A stretch of 62,900 nucleotides of DNA, counting the filler, from Octopus bimaculoides (Eukaryota): NCBI RefSeq assembly GCF_001194135.2. It is 4 parts of 4 records of this genome, joined end to end, with 100 filler letters (N's around TTAATTAATTAA, not from the genome) between each part and the next. Parts side by side here need not be neighbours in the genome. Positions count along the whole stretch, not along the records: positions 44,676 to 59,920 come from NC_069004.1; positions 60,021 to 62,900 come from NC_068984.1; 2 more parts are not named here. One strand, given 5' to 3'. Below the pieces are notes generated by a model, which made no database searches, was not told where the DNA came from, and saw only the letters and a list, made by a program, of their open reading frames with translations. Shown piece by piece: positions 50,640-62,900 of this stretch (positions are counted from its first letter, which is position 1; every line of letters begins with the position of its first letter). The translations under genes were made by a program, and so were the position numbers.

Positions 50640-51350
50640 TTGGAGAAGTATAACTTAACAAATACCTGTTTGCGAAACATTCTGCATAGCAATGAAAAAA
50701 GGTTATACATCTGTAACTTTTCCAGAAAATTGTGTAATATAACGAATATCGCAAGAAGGAACCTGAACGTTATATCACGCTCTTTCTGGACTCAGAGCTG
50801 TTATATCATGTCAGATTTGTTATGCTGTTATAATCGAAAAGAATAACTGGTAAAATAGTGCTTAAGAAAAAAAAAGAAAAAAGAAAAAGTGACAGATATA
50901 GAAGCTTTTAAAGTCTTAAGATACAAACATAGATGCCGATTATATCGTATATCTGTAGATGACATTCAACATGTGATGACCAGCTGTCCAAATATATTAA
51001 CAAAATATGGTTTTCCTATGCCGTATCTTATTATTTTTGCTAAAACAATTCAGAATGTCATCCGCAGAAAGAACTGCTTTCACAAATATATAAAATACAT
51101 TTCTGTGGTTGAGTATATTTATATATTCCAAAATAAAGATTAATGTTGGAATATTCCCATCAAAACGTCCATTAAATGCAGGCAAAATCTCAATGAAACA
51201 ACACTTATTGACTGCTGTGCAGGTCAGCTTCATTCCAGATTCCAACATTTCATCCATAATCAATGATAAAAAAAAAACAGATATATATTTATGAACAACT
51301 GCTTCTAACCTTACAAATTCACTGCCCGGATTATAAATTTACATATGTCG
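50640..51350 (+). mobile_element. Highly degenerate RLE-type LINE fragment (possible CCHC knuckle)
   Basis: CRLYRISVDDIQHVMTSCP resembles the CxxC..ExxxHxxxxC knuckle seen intact at 60.8 kb. Confidence 0.4.
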
Positions 51351-52379
51351 ATCTAAATATTAGAAAGAGGACTAGTCGGTTACAGCGAACCAGCTCTTTA
51401 ACTGGTGCTTGTTTTATCGACTCTGAGAGTACAAAATCCAACGTCGACCTGGATGAAATACGAAACAGAGCGTAAAGACAGACGAAAGGCTGCTAAGCAT
51501 TTTGAACGTCGTGTAAATATTTCTACTCATTCGCTGCCTTAATGTAGATAAATAATTTTTGTATAGGCACAAGGCTTGAAATTTAGAGAGTGGGGTCTAT
51601 GGGGTTACACGGACCGCAGTGTGCAACTGGTACTTATTTTATCGGCACCAAACGGATTAAAGGAAAAGTTACTTAAATACAGATGGTTTGTTAGAACAAA
51701 TACTAGATACGACGAGAAAAACTCTCATATTTGCTTTTGGTGCGAAATACACTTATGTGGTTCATTTTGTTCCAGAAGTCAATATAAGAGGTTCTGTCAT
51801 GGAATCTACCTCAGTATAGTTTGTTCTAAGAGAACATCGACGTTTAAGTGGGCATAAATTTTAATCTCTCGATAATAATACTGACTCTGTTGCTAATACA
51901 TATTTTCTACTATGTATTTGCATAAATGATAAGGCTGCGTATACCAACGAAAAGAAAAGGTAAGCATAATCAACAACACAGCAACCGCGGAACTTTCGTT
52001 TGTAAGCACACCATAGTATGTTTCCTTAGTTCCATCCTACATGAACAGATTATCCCTTGACACGCTTACCAGCAGAAATGTAATGAAATGCCGATTGATA
52101 GTGAAGACTCAACAAGCGAAAATAATATTTCATCAATAGGAGATGAATTTAAAACGAAACTTTTTAAATGCCATTCTTAATCTCATTGACAGAAATAGCC
52201 ATTTTAACATGTGTTCTGCAAAGTAAATTTACAAGAATTGTGAAGATACACAAGACTTTTATGACATTCCCATTTGGCCCTTTACTGCTGACCTTGTGAA
52301 GTTCCCAGTTTTCTTCTAAGTCAGGAATAAGCTGACTTCATTTCATGGAAGATTTGAAAGAATTAAGGGAAAGAGTAAG

Positions 52380-52613
52380 ACAAATTTTATACATATATAC
52401 ATATACATGTATGTATATATNNNNNNNNNNNNNNNNNNNNNNNNNNNNNNNNNNNNNNNNNNNNNNNNNNNNNNNNNNNNNNNNNNNNNNNNNNNNNNNN
52501 NNNNNNNNNNNNNNNNNNNNNNNNNNNNNNNNNNNNNNNNNNNNNNNNNNNNNNNNNNNNNNNNNNNNNNNNNNNNNNNNNNNNNNNNNNNNNNNNNNNN
52601 NNNNNNNNNNNNN

Positions 52614-52648
<35 letters not shown>

Positions 52649-53448
52649 TGTATGTATTATGTATGTATGTATGTATGTGTATATATGTATGTATGTGAAA
52701 ATTATATATGTACACGCGCATATGCCTGTCCATATATCAATATGTATTATCTAATCATATGTGTATATATATATATATACATATGTACGTATGTATATTT
52801 ATATATATAAATATAGATATATATGTACATATATACATATGTACGTATGTATATGTATATTTATATATGTATATATATATAAATGTACGTATTATCTAAG
52901 CATATATATATGTATACATAAACATATATATAAATATATATATGTGTGTGTGTGTGTTTCTTTATATGTAAAGTGTATGCATATATATGCATATACGTGT
53001 GTATATATATATGTGTATGTGTGTCTGTATGAACGTACATGGATGTTTATACTTAAACATTCTTGTTCCTTCATATATATGCTTTATATAAATATATGTA
53101 TACATATATTCATATGCATGCAGGTATGTATGTATATATGTATCTATGTGTGTATGTATGTATACACTCACAGACATATACTTTTATATATAAGCGTCTT
53201 GAACATCTATCTGCGCACGCGCGTCTCTGCATCGTTGATGGTATGCAAGAAGAGCGTAAGGGAAAAGAAGGTTTGATTTAGCCATCGTTGTCAAAATGAC
53301 ATGCCAGATGCCACAAAGACTATCTCATTCGCTACTAACACAAAGTGCCATTAGGTTATAAAAGGATTTAACAAATGACATATTTTAACTTTGAATCTAT
53401 CTCAACTGACAAACGTAATGTGTTGTGATATCAGCTAATTTATATCAA

Positions 53449-53499
<51 letters not shown>

Positions 53500-53665
53500 N
53501 NNNNNNNNNNNNNNNNNNNNNNNNNNNNNNNNNNNNNNNNNNNNNNNNNNNNNNNNNNNNNNNNNNNNNNNNNNNNNNNNNNNNNNNNNNNNNNNNNNNN
53601 NNNNNNNNNNNNNNNNNNNNNNNNNNNNNNNNNNNNNNNNNNNNNNNNNNNNNNNNNNNNNNNNN

Positions 53666-53713
<48 letters not shown>

Positions 53714-53730
53714 TGTATGTATGTATAAAT
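52380..53730. repeat. AT/GT low-complexity microsatellite field with N gaps
   Basis: Directly visible. Confidence 0.85.
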
Positions 53731-54133
53731 AATTGTGCATGTGTGTGTGTGTGTGTATGTCTTCATGTATGTATGCATGTATATCAGACATCATGAAATT
53801 ATCAAATATGCCGAGTTATTTCGCGTGTCTATGACTTTCAGCTACTTTAACTTTGAGAAAGTATTCTCCACCGCCGCTGGTTCGCAGCCTGCCGGCAAAT
53901 ACACGACATGCGTTCGTCAAGTATATGCGATTTATAGTGCTTATTACATGAGTGCTGCTTCTCTTTCAACGTGGTTGTTTAGGTGCAGTCGTGGCAAGAA
54001 GCTTTCTTGCCAATAACATGGCTCCTGGTTCATTTCCACTGCATAGCACCTTGGGCAAGTGGCTTCTACTATAGCCTCGGGCCCATTAAATCCATGTGAG
54101 TGGATTTGGTAGATGGAAACTGAAAGGATCCTG

Positions 54134-54181
<48 letters not shown>

Positions 54182-55708
54182 GCTTCCTTTGCTTTCCGAA
54201 GCTTTAGGTTCTAAGTTCAAATGCCGCCAAGGTTAAATTTTACCTTTCGTATGTTAATGGCTAATTAGATAAGTTCCAATTAAGCATTCAGAGAGACGTA
54301 ATCGACTTTATTCTTCCATCAAAATTGCTGAGCTTGTATCAAAATAAGGAAGGATTATTAGAGAGTAAATATTTAGATATTCATTTAATTATTGAGCGGC
54401 CAATTAATTTCTCATTACTTAATCAATTTAAATATCTGTTTATATAATTACTCACAACAACGGGGTGCATAGATGTTTTCTTACATTGTTCAGTGTAGCT
54501 CATCCTATGTTTTATCTTACTCCATTTTTTTCTGTGCGTTTTTCCGCCAGGTTTCATTAGAAAACATGTGCAAAATTTTAGCACAAGGCTTGCAATGTGT
54601 GATTTGATGTAAATTGATTATATCGACCTAGGTACTCGGCTGATACTTATTTTATCGAACCCGAAAGGATGAAAGACAAAGTCGACCTCGACCGAATCTG
54701 AACTCACGAACTAAAGACGAACGAAATGCCGCTAAGCATTTTTTCCGGCATGGTAACGAATCTACCAGCTCACTGCTTTAGTTGGTGAGAAGATATTTCT
54801 AGTTCTTCTGTCAATCCTCTCTCATTCCCTTCAGACAAGGTACCTTTTGTTTCTTCACATTGTCATAATTCATAGAACCCGGGAAATTATCGCAAATCAT
54901 ATTCTGAACGATGTAACAATTCTGCATCGGTTTCGTATTTTTAGACTGTACATGATTAGTTATTCGCTTAATTACTGGCCTGCAAATACATTTCTTAATA
55001 ATTACTCAGTTTACTTAATTACACGCTACAAATATATGCAACGAATTTTTCCTCCATTAATCCTTGCCAAAGAGCACACCTTTTCGTTTACATCCGCCAC
55101 CTCCATTTTCTCTGGACCATATTTGTATCATATTTGATGAGAAATGAACGCTAGTCCCTCTCTTAAACTTCTTCCATTTTCTTGAACCGAGATACACCCA
55201 CTTTCTTTTCTTACCACCTTCTAAAATGAAAACACCGAAACCGTTATTGTAAAACATTGTTGGAAGTGTAGCTCTAGCGAGTCTGCATCGACCACGTATT
55301 TTAACTTAATTATTAACCAGTAACTAATTAGCTGCTCACTTAATTGCTAAGCTGCAAATAAATTTCTCATTGATTAATCAGGTGTAAAATATAACTGTTT
55401 ACTAAACTGGATGTAATACAACTTACCTTTTCATTTAATTACTCACCTGTAGATACACATATATATATATTTAATTACACAACCATAAATAGTACTTACC
55501 CTCTTAATTTTTTATCTTCAAATAATAATCTATGTTCTAGAAAACTTGACTGACATTTTCTACGTCAGGTAATTCATGGCTACAACCTGTTTATTAATTG
55601 ATCTGGAATTTTCCTCTCCATCGGCAAATTAAGTTTCATCGCTAATCTTTTACGTTTAGTAAAATGTGCAATTGGTGTTGAACTTATCGCTATATCGGGT
55701 CGATCGAT

Positions 55709-55920
55709 ATACAATGGGGGCTAAATAACTGAGAAGGTCCTGGCTTTGGGTAAAAGAAAATTCAGTGGAATCAGTTAATTGTGATTGTATTCAACATATT
55801 CCCACTCGCAGATTCTCACACTCATCGCTGTGGACCTTCAGTTTTCTAAGCCCTATAAAAGAACTAAAAATGTTTTTGAGACACTTTAAAGCCAGGAACT
55901 TTTCAGCACGTCTTCGCGTA
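55709..55920. mobile_element. Tc1/mariner-type MITE (same family as 6196-6415)
   Basis: Shares the interior CTTTGGGTAAAAGAAAAT...CCTTCAGTTTTCTAAGCCC and the right TIR AAAGCCAGGAACTTTTCAGCAC. Confidence 0.7.
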
Positions 55921-56959
55921 TGTATATATATATATATATGTGTATGTATGTATATAACAGGCTTCTTTTAGTTTCAGTCTGCCCAATCTACCCACAAGGA
56001 TTTGCTCTCGCCGAGGCTATAGTAGGAAACTCAATCTCAAGATGCTACACAGTGGGACCGAACTCAGAAACATGAAGCTGTGAAGCAAACTTCTTACCAC
56101 ACAGCCACGCCTGCGCCTATTCTTACCACACGATCACGCTCACGCCTTTTATCTTGAAAGGTTACACGAAATATCGTAATTTTTATGCAGGGTTTCTCAC
56201 TGTGGTTCGTATTGATCCCTGGGGGATGAATAAAATTCCACAGGTTTAAATAGAACATCCAGAATCAACAAAACAGGCATAAATCCCTTTATAGTGATTC
56301 TAAATTATGTATACATTTAAATATGGGTTTAACCACTTGCATTATTTACTGAGTAAACAGAGAAGAACTTTCAAAAAGGATTGTGGACATTTAGAGCACA
56401 AATTCACAAACATGCAAACAGTGATTTGTAATATAGGTATACAAAAGTTAGGCTTTGCGGGAATTGCATTTTTAGAATTTGAGCATTAAAGGCTGGTTTG
56501 TATTTATGATAAACTGATTGGATTTCTTGTAAATTCCATTAAACACTGATGACTAAATTATATTTTGCAATATAATTAATATACGATACAAAAGTAGCAG
56601 TTCGTTTGTCGTCTAAGTTCTGAGTTCAAATTCCGTCGCGGACGAATTTGCTTCTAAACCTTTCGGGTTTCATAAAATAAGTACCAGTTGAGCACCGTGA
56701 TCGATGTAATTGTCTGATCCCCGTCCTCTTCCAAAATTTCAGGCCTTGTGCTTATAATAGAAAGGAATATAGTAGATATGATTTAAATTATTTAGAGTTT
56801 AAATTGAAACTAAACTTTCTACGGGACATCAATTTAAAAGGCTGGGAGGCCATGTCACTTAAATTATGAACTATAAGATTTCTTTAACTATAAACATGCA
56901 TAAAACATGTTTTTTAAACATGCATGAAAGTTTAAATAAGATATGTATATGTATATATA

Positions 56960-57385
56960 TATAAGAAGGTAATGTATGTTTTCGATGATAGATCGCTAGC
57001 CTCTACTCATTTGTTATTTTCTCTCATTGTTTCTTCTTGTGTTCCTTTCTGTGGAAGAGCGTAGGCTCGAAACATTAAATATTTTTTGATTTCCCGTGCA
57101 TTATACTAATACATCATTTTGTTGTCTATACCACCTGTCTTCGTCTTCTGATTTATTTTTTTTTTGAATTCTTCCAACATATATATATGTACAAACACAT
57201 ATATATACACGCATATATGTATATATATATAAGAAGGTAATGTATGTTTTCGATGATAGATCGCTAGCCTCTACTCATTTGTTATTTTCTCTCATTGTTT
57301 CTTCTTGTGTTCCTTTCTGTGGAAGAGCGTAGGCTCGAAACATTAAATATTTTTTGATTTCCCGTGCATTATACTAATACATCAT
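56960..57385 (+). repeat. Two copies of the hammerhead-like/Penelope-like repeat (direct duplication ending at a gap)
   Basis: About 56945-57115 is repeated identically at about 57215-57385; homologous to 16050-16275. Confidence 0.75.
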
Positions 57386-57667
57386 NNNNNNNNNNNNNNN
57401 NNNNNNNNNNNNNNNNNNNNNNNNNNNNNNNNNNNNNNNNNNNNNNNNNNNNNNNNNNNNNNNNNNNNNNNNNNNNNNNNNNNNNNNNNNNNNNNNNNNN
57501 NNNNNNNNNNNNNNNNNNNNNNNNNNNNNNNNNNNNNNNNNNNNNNNNNNNNNNNNNNNNNNNNNNNNNNNNNNNNNNNNNNNNNNNNNNNNNNNNNNNN
57601 NNNNNNNNNNNNNNNNNNNNNNNNNNNNNNNNNNNNNNNNNNNNNNNNNNNNNNNNNNNNNNNNNNN

Positions 57668-57729
<62 letters not shown>

Positions 57730-57789
57730 TAAATCAGTCGAATCAATCAATTTTAAATAATAATAATAATAATAATAATAAATGAAGGA

Positions 57790-58450
57790 GATGATATACA
57801 ACGTGCTACTATGAAGGAAAACATACGGAAGTACCAGGGGAGAATAAGATTCGTACTAAAACTGAACTGAGCTCCAAAAATTAGCATCGATACCTTTAAC
57901 ATCCTGGCACTTACAGCAGTCCAATAGTTTTAACATCATTAACTGGAATCCTACGGAGCTCCAGCGCCTGGACTGGAAGTCAAGAACATTATTGACATCC
58001 AAGAACATGCACCGCCCAGCAACAGACAATGATCGTCTGTAAATGCCTAGAAGTAATGGGGGAAAAAGGAACGATGCAGGTAGATCTATGCTTCAAGACC
58101 TCCACAATAGCAATGAACAAGTACTTATCTGCTGGAGAGGACTGGACGCTGCGGCTAACGTGCAATCACTAAAGAAGCAAATAGTCATATTCTATTCCCA
58201 AGGAAGTTTGGCATTAACACTGAATTAGATGAATAACCTGAATCCACTGCCACCAAACAAGCAAAAACATCTTTACTAGGGTGGTATTTGCTGGACTGAA
58301 TGACGCTTGATATCACATCTATATTTACTTATGCACATAGTCGTGCCATCAGAAGTAGCGGCTATCACCTAAGGAGCAGTCGCTGAGGAGGGCTTGAAGG
58401 GATCCTCTACAAGTGCACAAGGGACAGTACAGTGTTTCAATTCTGCTCCA
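57790..58450 (+). mobile_element. Degenerate LINE 5' (APE endonuclease-like) fragment
   Basis: KISIDTFNI-like and GSQEH-like segments; weak. Confidence 0.4.
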
Positions 58451-58539
58451 TGCATGAAAGTATGTTAGACATGGTAAAGTGCTGTCCCTCTGGATTAGAT
58501 TGGATTGGATGCGCTGGATATCAGCCCGTCAAATATGTA

Positions 58540-58665
58540 TAAATATATGTTTAAATACGTCTCGATATCATACATTTCTCAGTTAGGATCAGGTATATTT
58601 ACGCGCACATATATATCTATTTATATGCGTGTATATATGAATATAATTATAAATATACATTCATA

Positions 58666-58740
<75 letters not shown>

Positions 58741-59278
58741 GGCACTCCACCATCATGCCGACAAGTTACAGATTTGCGCAGTCAAACACGCAACAGCGCA
58801 TAGGCTGACAAAACAAAAGTTCGTGTATATACATAGGATTACACATCCACATACATTCTTCAATACACGCACAAATACATGTGTGAATGAGGGAGTATAT
58901 ATGCAGGGCTGCGCGTGTGTGTGTATGTGTGTGTGTATCAGTGTACATGTGCGTGCTTTGTGTTTGTGTGTGTGGGTGGGTGTGTATATAAACGTAATGC
59001 CAAAATTCAAATGGAAAAGATTTGTTTCAGAGTTACAGACCGTAAATTCACTACTAACCGCATATAATTCCGTGGACACACACACACGTACAGCATACAT
59101 ACATACATAGAGATGTGTGTGTGTGCGGCTTTGTGTGTGTGTGTGTGTGTGTGTTCGTGTGTGTGTTCGTGTGTGTGTGTGTGTATGTGTGTATAGATAG
59201 ATACGTTGAGACATATAGCCATATATGTATTTGTTTACTTACATGTGTGTATTTCTATATAGCAGAGTATCTATGTGT

Positions 59279-59341
<63 letters not shown>

Positions 59342-59528
59342 TATGTACATACATATATACATATATGTATATATACACAGACTGTACGTATGCATATAGA
59401 TACAAACACACATATACATACATTTAAGTGCATTCACACACAAATATATATATATATATATACACGCACCCACACGCACACACACACACGCACACACACA
59501 CACGCACACACACACACACACACACACG

Positions 59529-59566
<38 letters not shown>

Positions 59567-59885
59567 CGCAGATATCGATATACTTTTTGTGAAGCTGCGT
59601 GTGTTTACAACATATATATGCGAATAGAAAATGGGAATAAACATACAAAATAATATACGAATAAACATATCAAATATAGCCAAAAAAAAAGAATTATATG
59701 AACAAAAGATGGAGAAAGGAAAACTGTGTTCCTCATTTAACAGGCGAGGTGTCTATATATATTATTCTTCATCATAAATCAAAGATAATATGACAGCTTC
59801 TGTCTCTCTAAATACACACATATATCATGGATTTACATACACACATGCACACAGACAAACACACCCACCCACACACACACACACA

Positions 59886-59920
<35 letters not shown>
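58540..59920. repeat. (TA)n/(CA)n/(GT)n microsatellite field
   Basis: Directly visible. Confidence 0.85.
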
Positions 59921-60020
59921 NNNNNNNNNNNNNNNNNNNNNNNNNNNNNNNNNNNNNNNNNNNNTTAATTAATTAANNNNNNNNNNNNNNNNNNNNNNNN
60001 NNNNNNNNNNNNNNNNNNNN
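59921..60020. other. Artificial 100-bp scaffold-joining spacer
   Basis: 44 N + TTAATTAATTAA (59965-59976) + 44 N. Confidence 0.95.
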
Positions 60021-60061
60021 GCAAAACAAAAGTCAAACATAAAAAAATAATAATAATAATG

Positions 60062-60111
<50 letters not shown>

Positions 60112-60150
60112 TCTTCTTCTTCTTCTTCTTCTTCTTCTTCTTCTTCTTTC

Positions 60151-60200
<50 letters not shown>

Positions 60201-60208
60201 GTTTTTAT

Positions 60209-60900
60209 TATTATTATTCAGTAGTCTTATTTTTATCATGTGCTTTCACTGCACTACCGAATACAGCTCTGTGTGCCTTGGGTATGTGCTTTGGTTTGTT
60301 GTAATGCTCTTATTTTTACTGTATTGAAAGTGTTTTATGTAGGGTGTGTGCAGTACCCAGTAGTGCTTTTGTATGTTATATATACTTGTTAGTCCTGGTG
60401 TTTTTTATGTATTTGTCCTTATGCACCTACAATGATAGGAATTGTTTCTGTTTTTAAACTCCACATTTGAGTTACTTCAATTTCCAGGTCTGTGTATTTT
60501 GAAAGTTTCTCTGTTTCTTTTAGAGAAACATTGTCATCTGCTGGTATTGATACATCAATTAGAAAGCATTTTATTCCTTCATGATCTTTGACAACTATAT
60601 CTAGTCTATTGGCCTTAATTTCTCTATCTGTGTGTATTGGCATATCCCAGAGTATGGTTGCTTTCTCGTTTTCTGTGACCTTTTCTGGCATGTGTTTATA
60701 CCATCTTTTTTCTGTTATTATTCCATAGTGTTGGTACAGCTTCCAGTGTATATAGGTTCCAACTCTGTCGTGTCGGTGAATATATTCCTTCTTAGCCAGG
60801 ACTGGGCAGCCAGAGACAATATGATTTATTGTTTCTTGTCCATCTCCACATATTCTGCAGTTAGTTGTATTTGTTTTCATTACATGTTTTTGGTAGTATC
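60209..60900 (-). mobile_element. Dong/R4-clade LINE 3' fragment (CCHC zinc knuckle plus RLE endonuclease), embedded in (TAA)n
   Basis: CRICGDGQETINHIVSGC, RHDRV, NRLDIVV, LIDVSIP, KLSKY and WSLKTETIPIIVGA; (ATT)n runs on both sides. Confidence 0.9.
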
Positions 60901-60959
60901 TATTATTATTATTATTATTATTCTAATTGCAGGAAAGTTTGAGGAGCTCTAGACTAAGC

Positions 60960-61400
60960 AATTTAGTTTGATCTCTTTTATATTCTGAGCTCAAAATTCT
61001 AGTGGTATCAACTTATAAATGACTTCCTTTTCTTATCATTGTTCAGCTTGTGTGACACTCATTTGTCTATCTTTTGAGGTTTTTTTAATTTTCCAATGTG
61101 ATGCAAATGTTTAATACTTTCTAATGGTCAATGTTTAGTTCTATGATCTCTCAAGTTAGTTATTTTACACAGGTCCACTTCAATAATGGCTTATAAATGC
61201 TCATTGTTATTTACAAAAGGTTATGTTTGATTTGGGGCATCTTGAAGGCTCTTGCTTTCACTAGAAAATTTTTGGAACCAATATAGAGCTGTACACTTGT
61301 TGAAAGCCTTTGGTCAATTGCTCAGTTGATATTGCAAGCAGTTTCTGCTGCTTTGCAATCTATTTTTAAACTCATGCCATATAATAGCTTAAACTTGTAT
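60960..61400 (-). pseudogene. Degenerate mariner transposase N-terminal fragment
   Basis: Minus strand WHEFK...KAAETACNIN, IIEVD and KIDK.VSHKL (WVPHEL-like). Confidence 0.65.
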
Positions 61401-62464
61401 TAACTTGACAGCCTAAAATAAACAAGACTAAACAGTGAAAGCAAAACCATTTGCATAAATCAGTTGAACATTAACAAAGTTCTTCCATTATTTTATTCTT
61501 TTACCTGTTTTAATCATTGAAATACAGGAATATTTCTTGAAGGATTTAGTTGAACAAATCATCCCCAGTACTTATTTTTAAGTCTATCAAGTTCTTTATG
61601 CAAAACTGCTAAGTCATGGGGATATAAAAACCCCAATACTGGTTGTCAAGTGAGAGCTGTTTGGCTGCTGGTACAGTAACTGTTTGGTACCTACCATAAT
61701 GTAAATTTATTAACCCCTAAACATTTAAACTGGCCATATCAAGCCCTAATATTCTACCTGTTTCATGTTCAAGCTGCCTAGGTCTAGTTTCTCATACTTC
61801 CTCTACATCATTCCAAAAATAAACAATCACATGATTGAAATTTCAAAGCTATGAGATGATACATAACTAATCCAAGACAATGGGAATAAATATGCACTGT
61901 GTATGACAGTCATCTGAATGCTAAAGGTTTAATAGACTTTGTTTTCAATTCAGCTTCTGTTTCAGTGAGGAATTTCTTATCACTTATTTCCCTAATAAAC
62001 TTAGTAAATGCATGGACACTGCTGTTCCATGTTTCACTTCACTGAATCCAAAATAAAGTTCCACTGCATTGAAGAGAACCATGTTCATGGAAAGAATAGG
62101 ATCTTCTCATCTTCTTCACTCTTATATAATCCAATGAAGTATCATGCCTCATATGCAAAAGGCTGAGGGTAGATTTTGATTATCGTGCCTTCATTAATAT
62201 TGAAGTTGTAACAATCTGATCTAGGAAAGCAATATTGTATAGTCAGTCAATTTGCAAGATATAGCAGTTAATTCTCCCTCATATTACACCATACCATCAT
62301 AAATGTTTCATGATTCTGTTACAGGCTTTCAATGATTTCAAATGCCACATAGGATATTTTCATTTGCAAGCACCATTTTGTTTTGTTTTCTTTTCTTTTA
62401 TTTCCTCATCAATGTTTGCATCTTTTTAAAATAAACAAGATACACCCTTCCCATATATAAGACT

Positions 62465-62850
62465 GGCATGACTGTGTGGTTAACATATTCACTGTGCAAC
62501 CATGTGCTTTCAGGTTCAATCCTATTATGTGATACCTTGGGTAAGAGTCTTCTGCTATATCCTTAGGCTGATCAGTGCCTTATGACTTATGACTGAATTT
62601 GGTAGATGGAAACTGTATGGATGTCTATCATATATCTAAATGTATATTAGTGTATTTATGTTAGTCCCTACCACTACTGGAAAACTAGTGTTGGTTTATT
62701 TATGTCCTCGTAACTTAGTGGTTAAGCAAAAGGCACCTTAGAGTAAGTAACAGAATTAAGAATATAAGTACTGCGGTTGATTGGTTCAACTAAAGCAAGG
62801 TGATGCCCATGCCCCAGCATGTCCACAGTTCAATAACTAAAACAATCAAA
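62465..62850 (+). mobile_element. Old long tRNA-derived SINE
   Basis: CCTTGGGTAAGAGTCTTCTGCTATA, GTAACTTAGTGGTT and tail CCCAGCATG...AACTAAAACAA; same family as 14900-15360. Confidence 0.7.
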
Positions 62851-62900
62851 TGTTAAAAAATATATATTATATCTATATATACATACATATATATGTGTAT

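Noticed and set aside
53829-53910. GC-richer open stretch (YFNFEKVFSTAAGSQPAGKYTTCVRQ) between AG and GT
   Set aside because: Weak splice signals, no recognisable homology and no partner exons.
61930-62390. Faint mariner-like motifs on the minus strand (FLDQIVT)
   Set aside because: Too degenerate to support as a separate feature.

Overview
Animal genomic DNA. The repeat families and AT/microsatellite content point to a coleoid cephalopod (Octopus-like); this is inferred and not database-confirmed. The window is not contiguous. Three identical 100-bp artificial spacers (44 N + TTAATTAATTAA + 44 N) split it into segments A (1-14232), B (14333-44575), C (44676-59920) and D (60021-62900). Two host genes are supported. 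(1) A GT31/beta-1,3-galactosyltransferase-like coding exon at about 4.2-5.5 kb (+), with a DxD-to-NxE change and an extra C-terminal transmembrane helix. (2) The first five coding exons of TDRD3 (17796-44504, +), encoding the DUF1767/OB-fold, with a 21.6-kb first intron; the gene is cut off at the end of segment B. The rest is transposon debris (RTE-type and Dong/R4-type LINEs, tRNA-derived SINEs, several mariners and MITEs, a piggyBac relic, Helitron/HINE elements), microsatellites and N gaps. I found no prokaryote-type system such as CRISPR or an operon. The most interesting candidates are the atypical GT31, a variant minimal hammerhead-ribozyme-like motif in a Penelope-like repeat, a SINE-derived minisatellite, a 400-bp foldback, and an inverted templated insertion inside a mariner.
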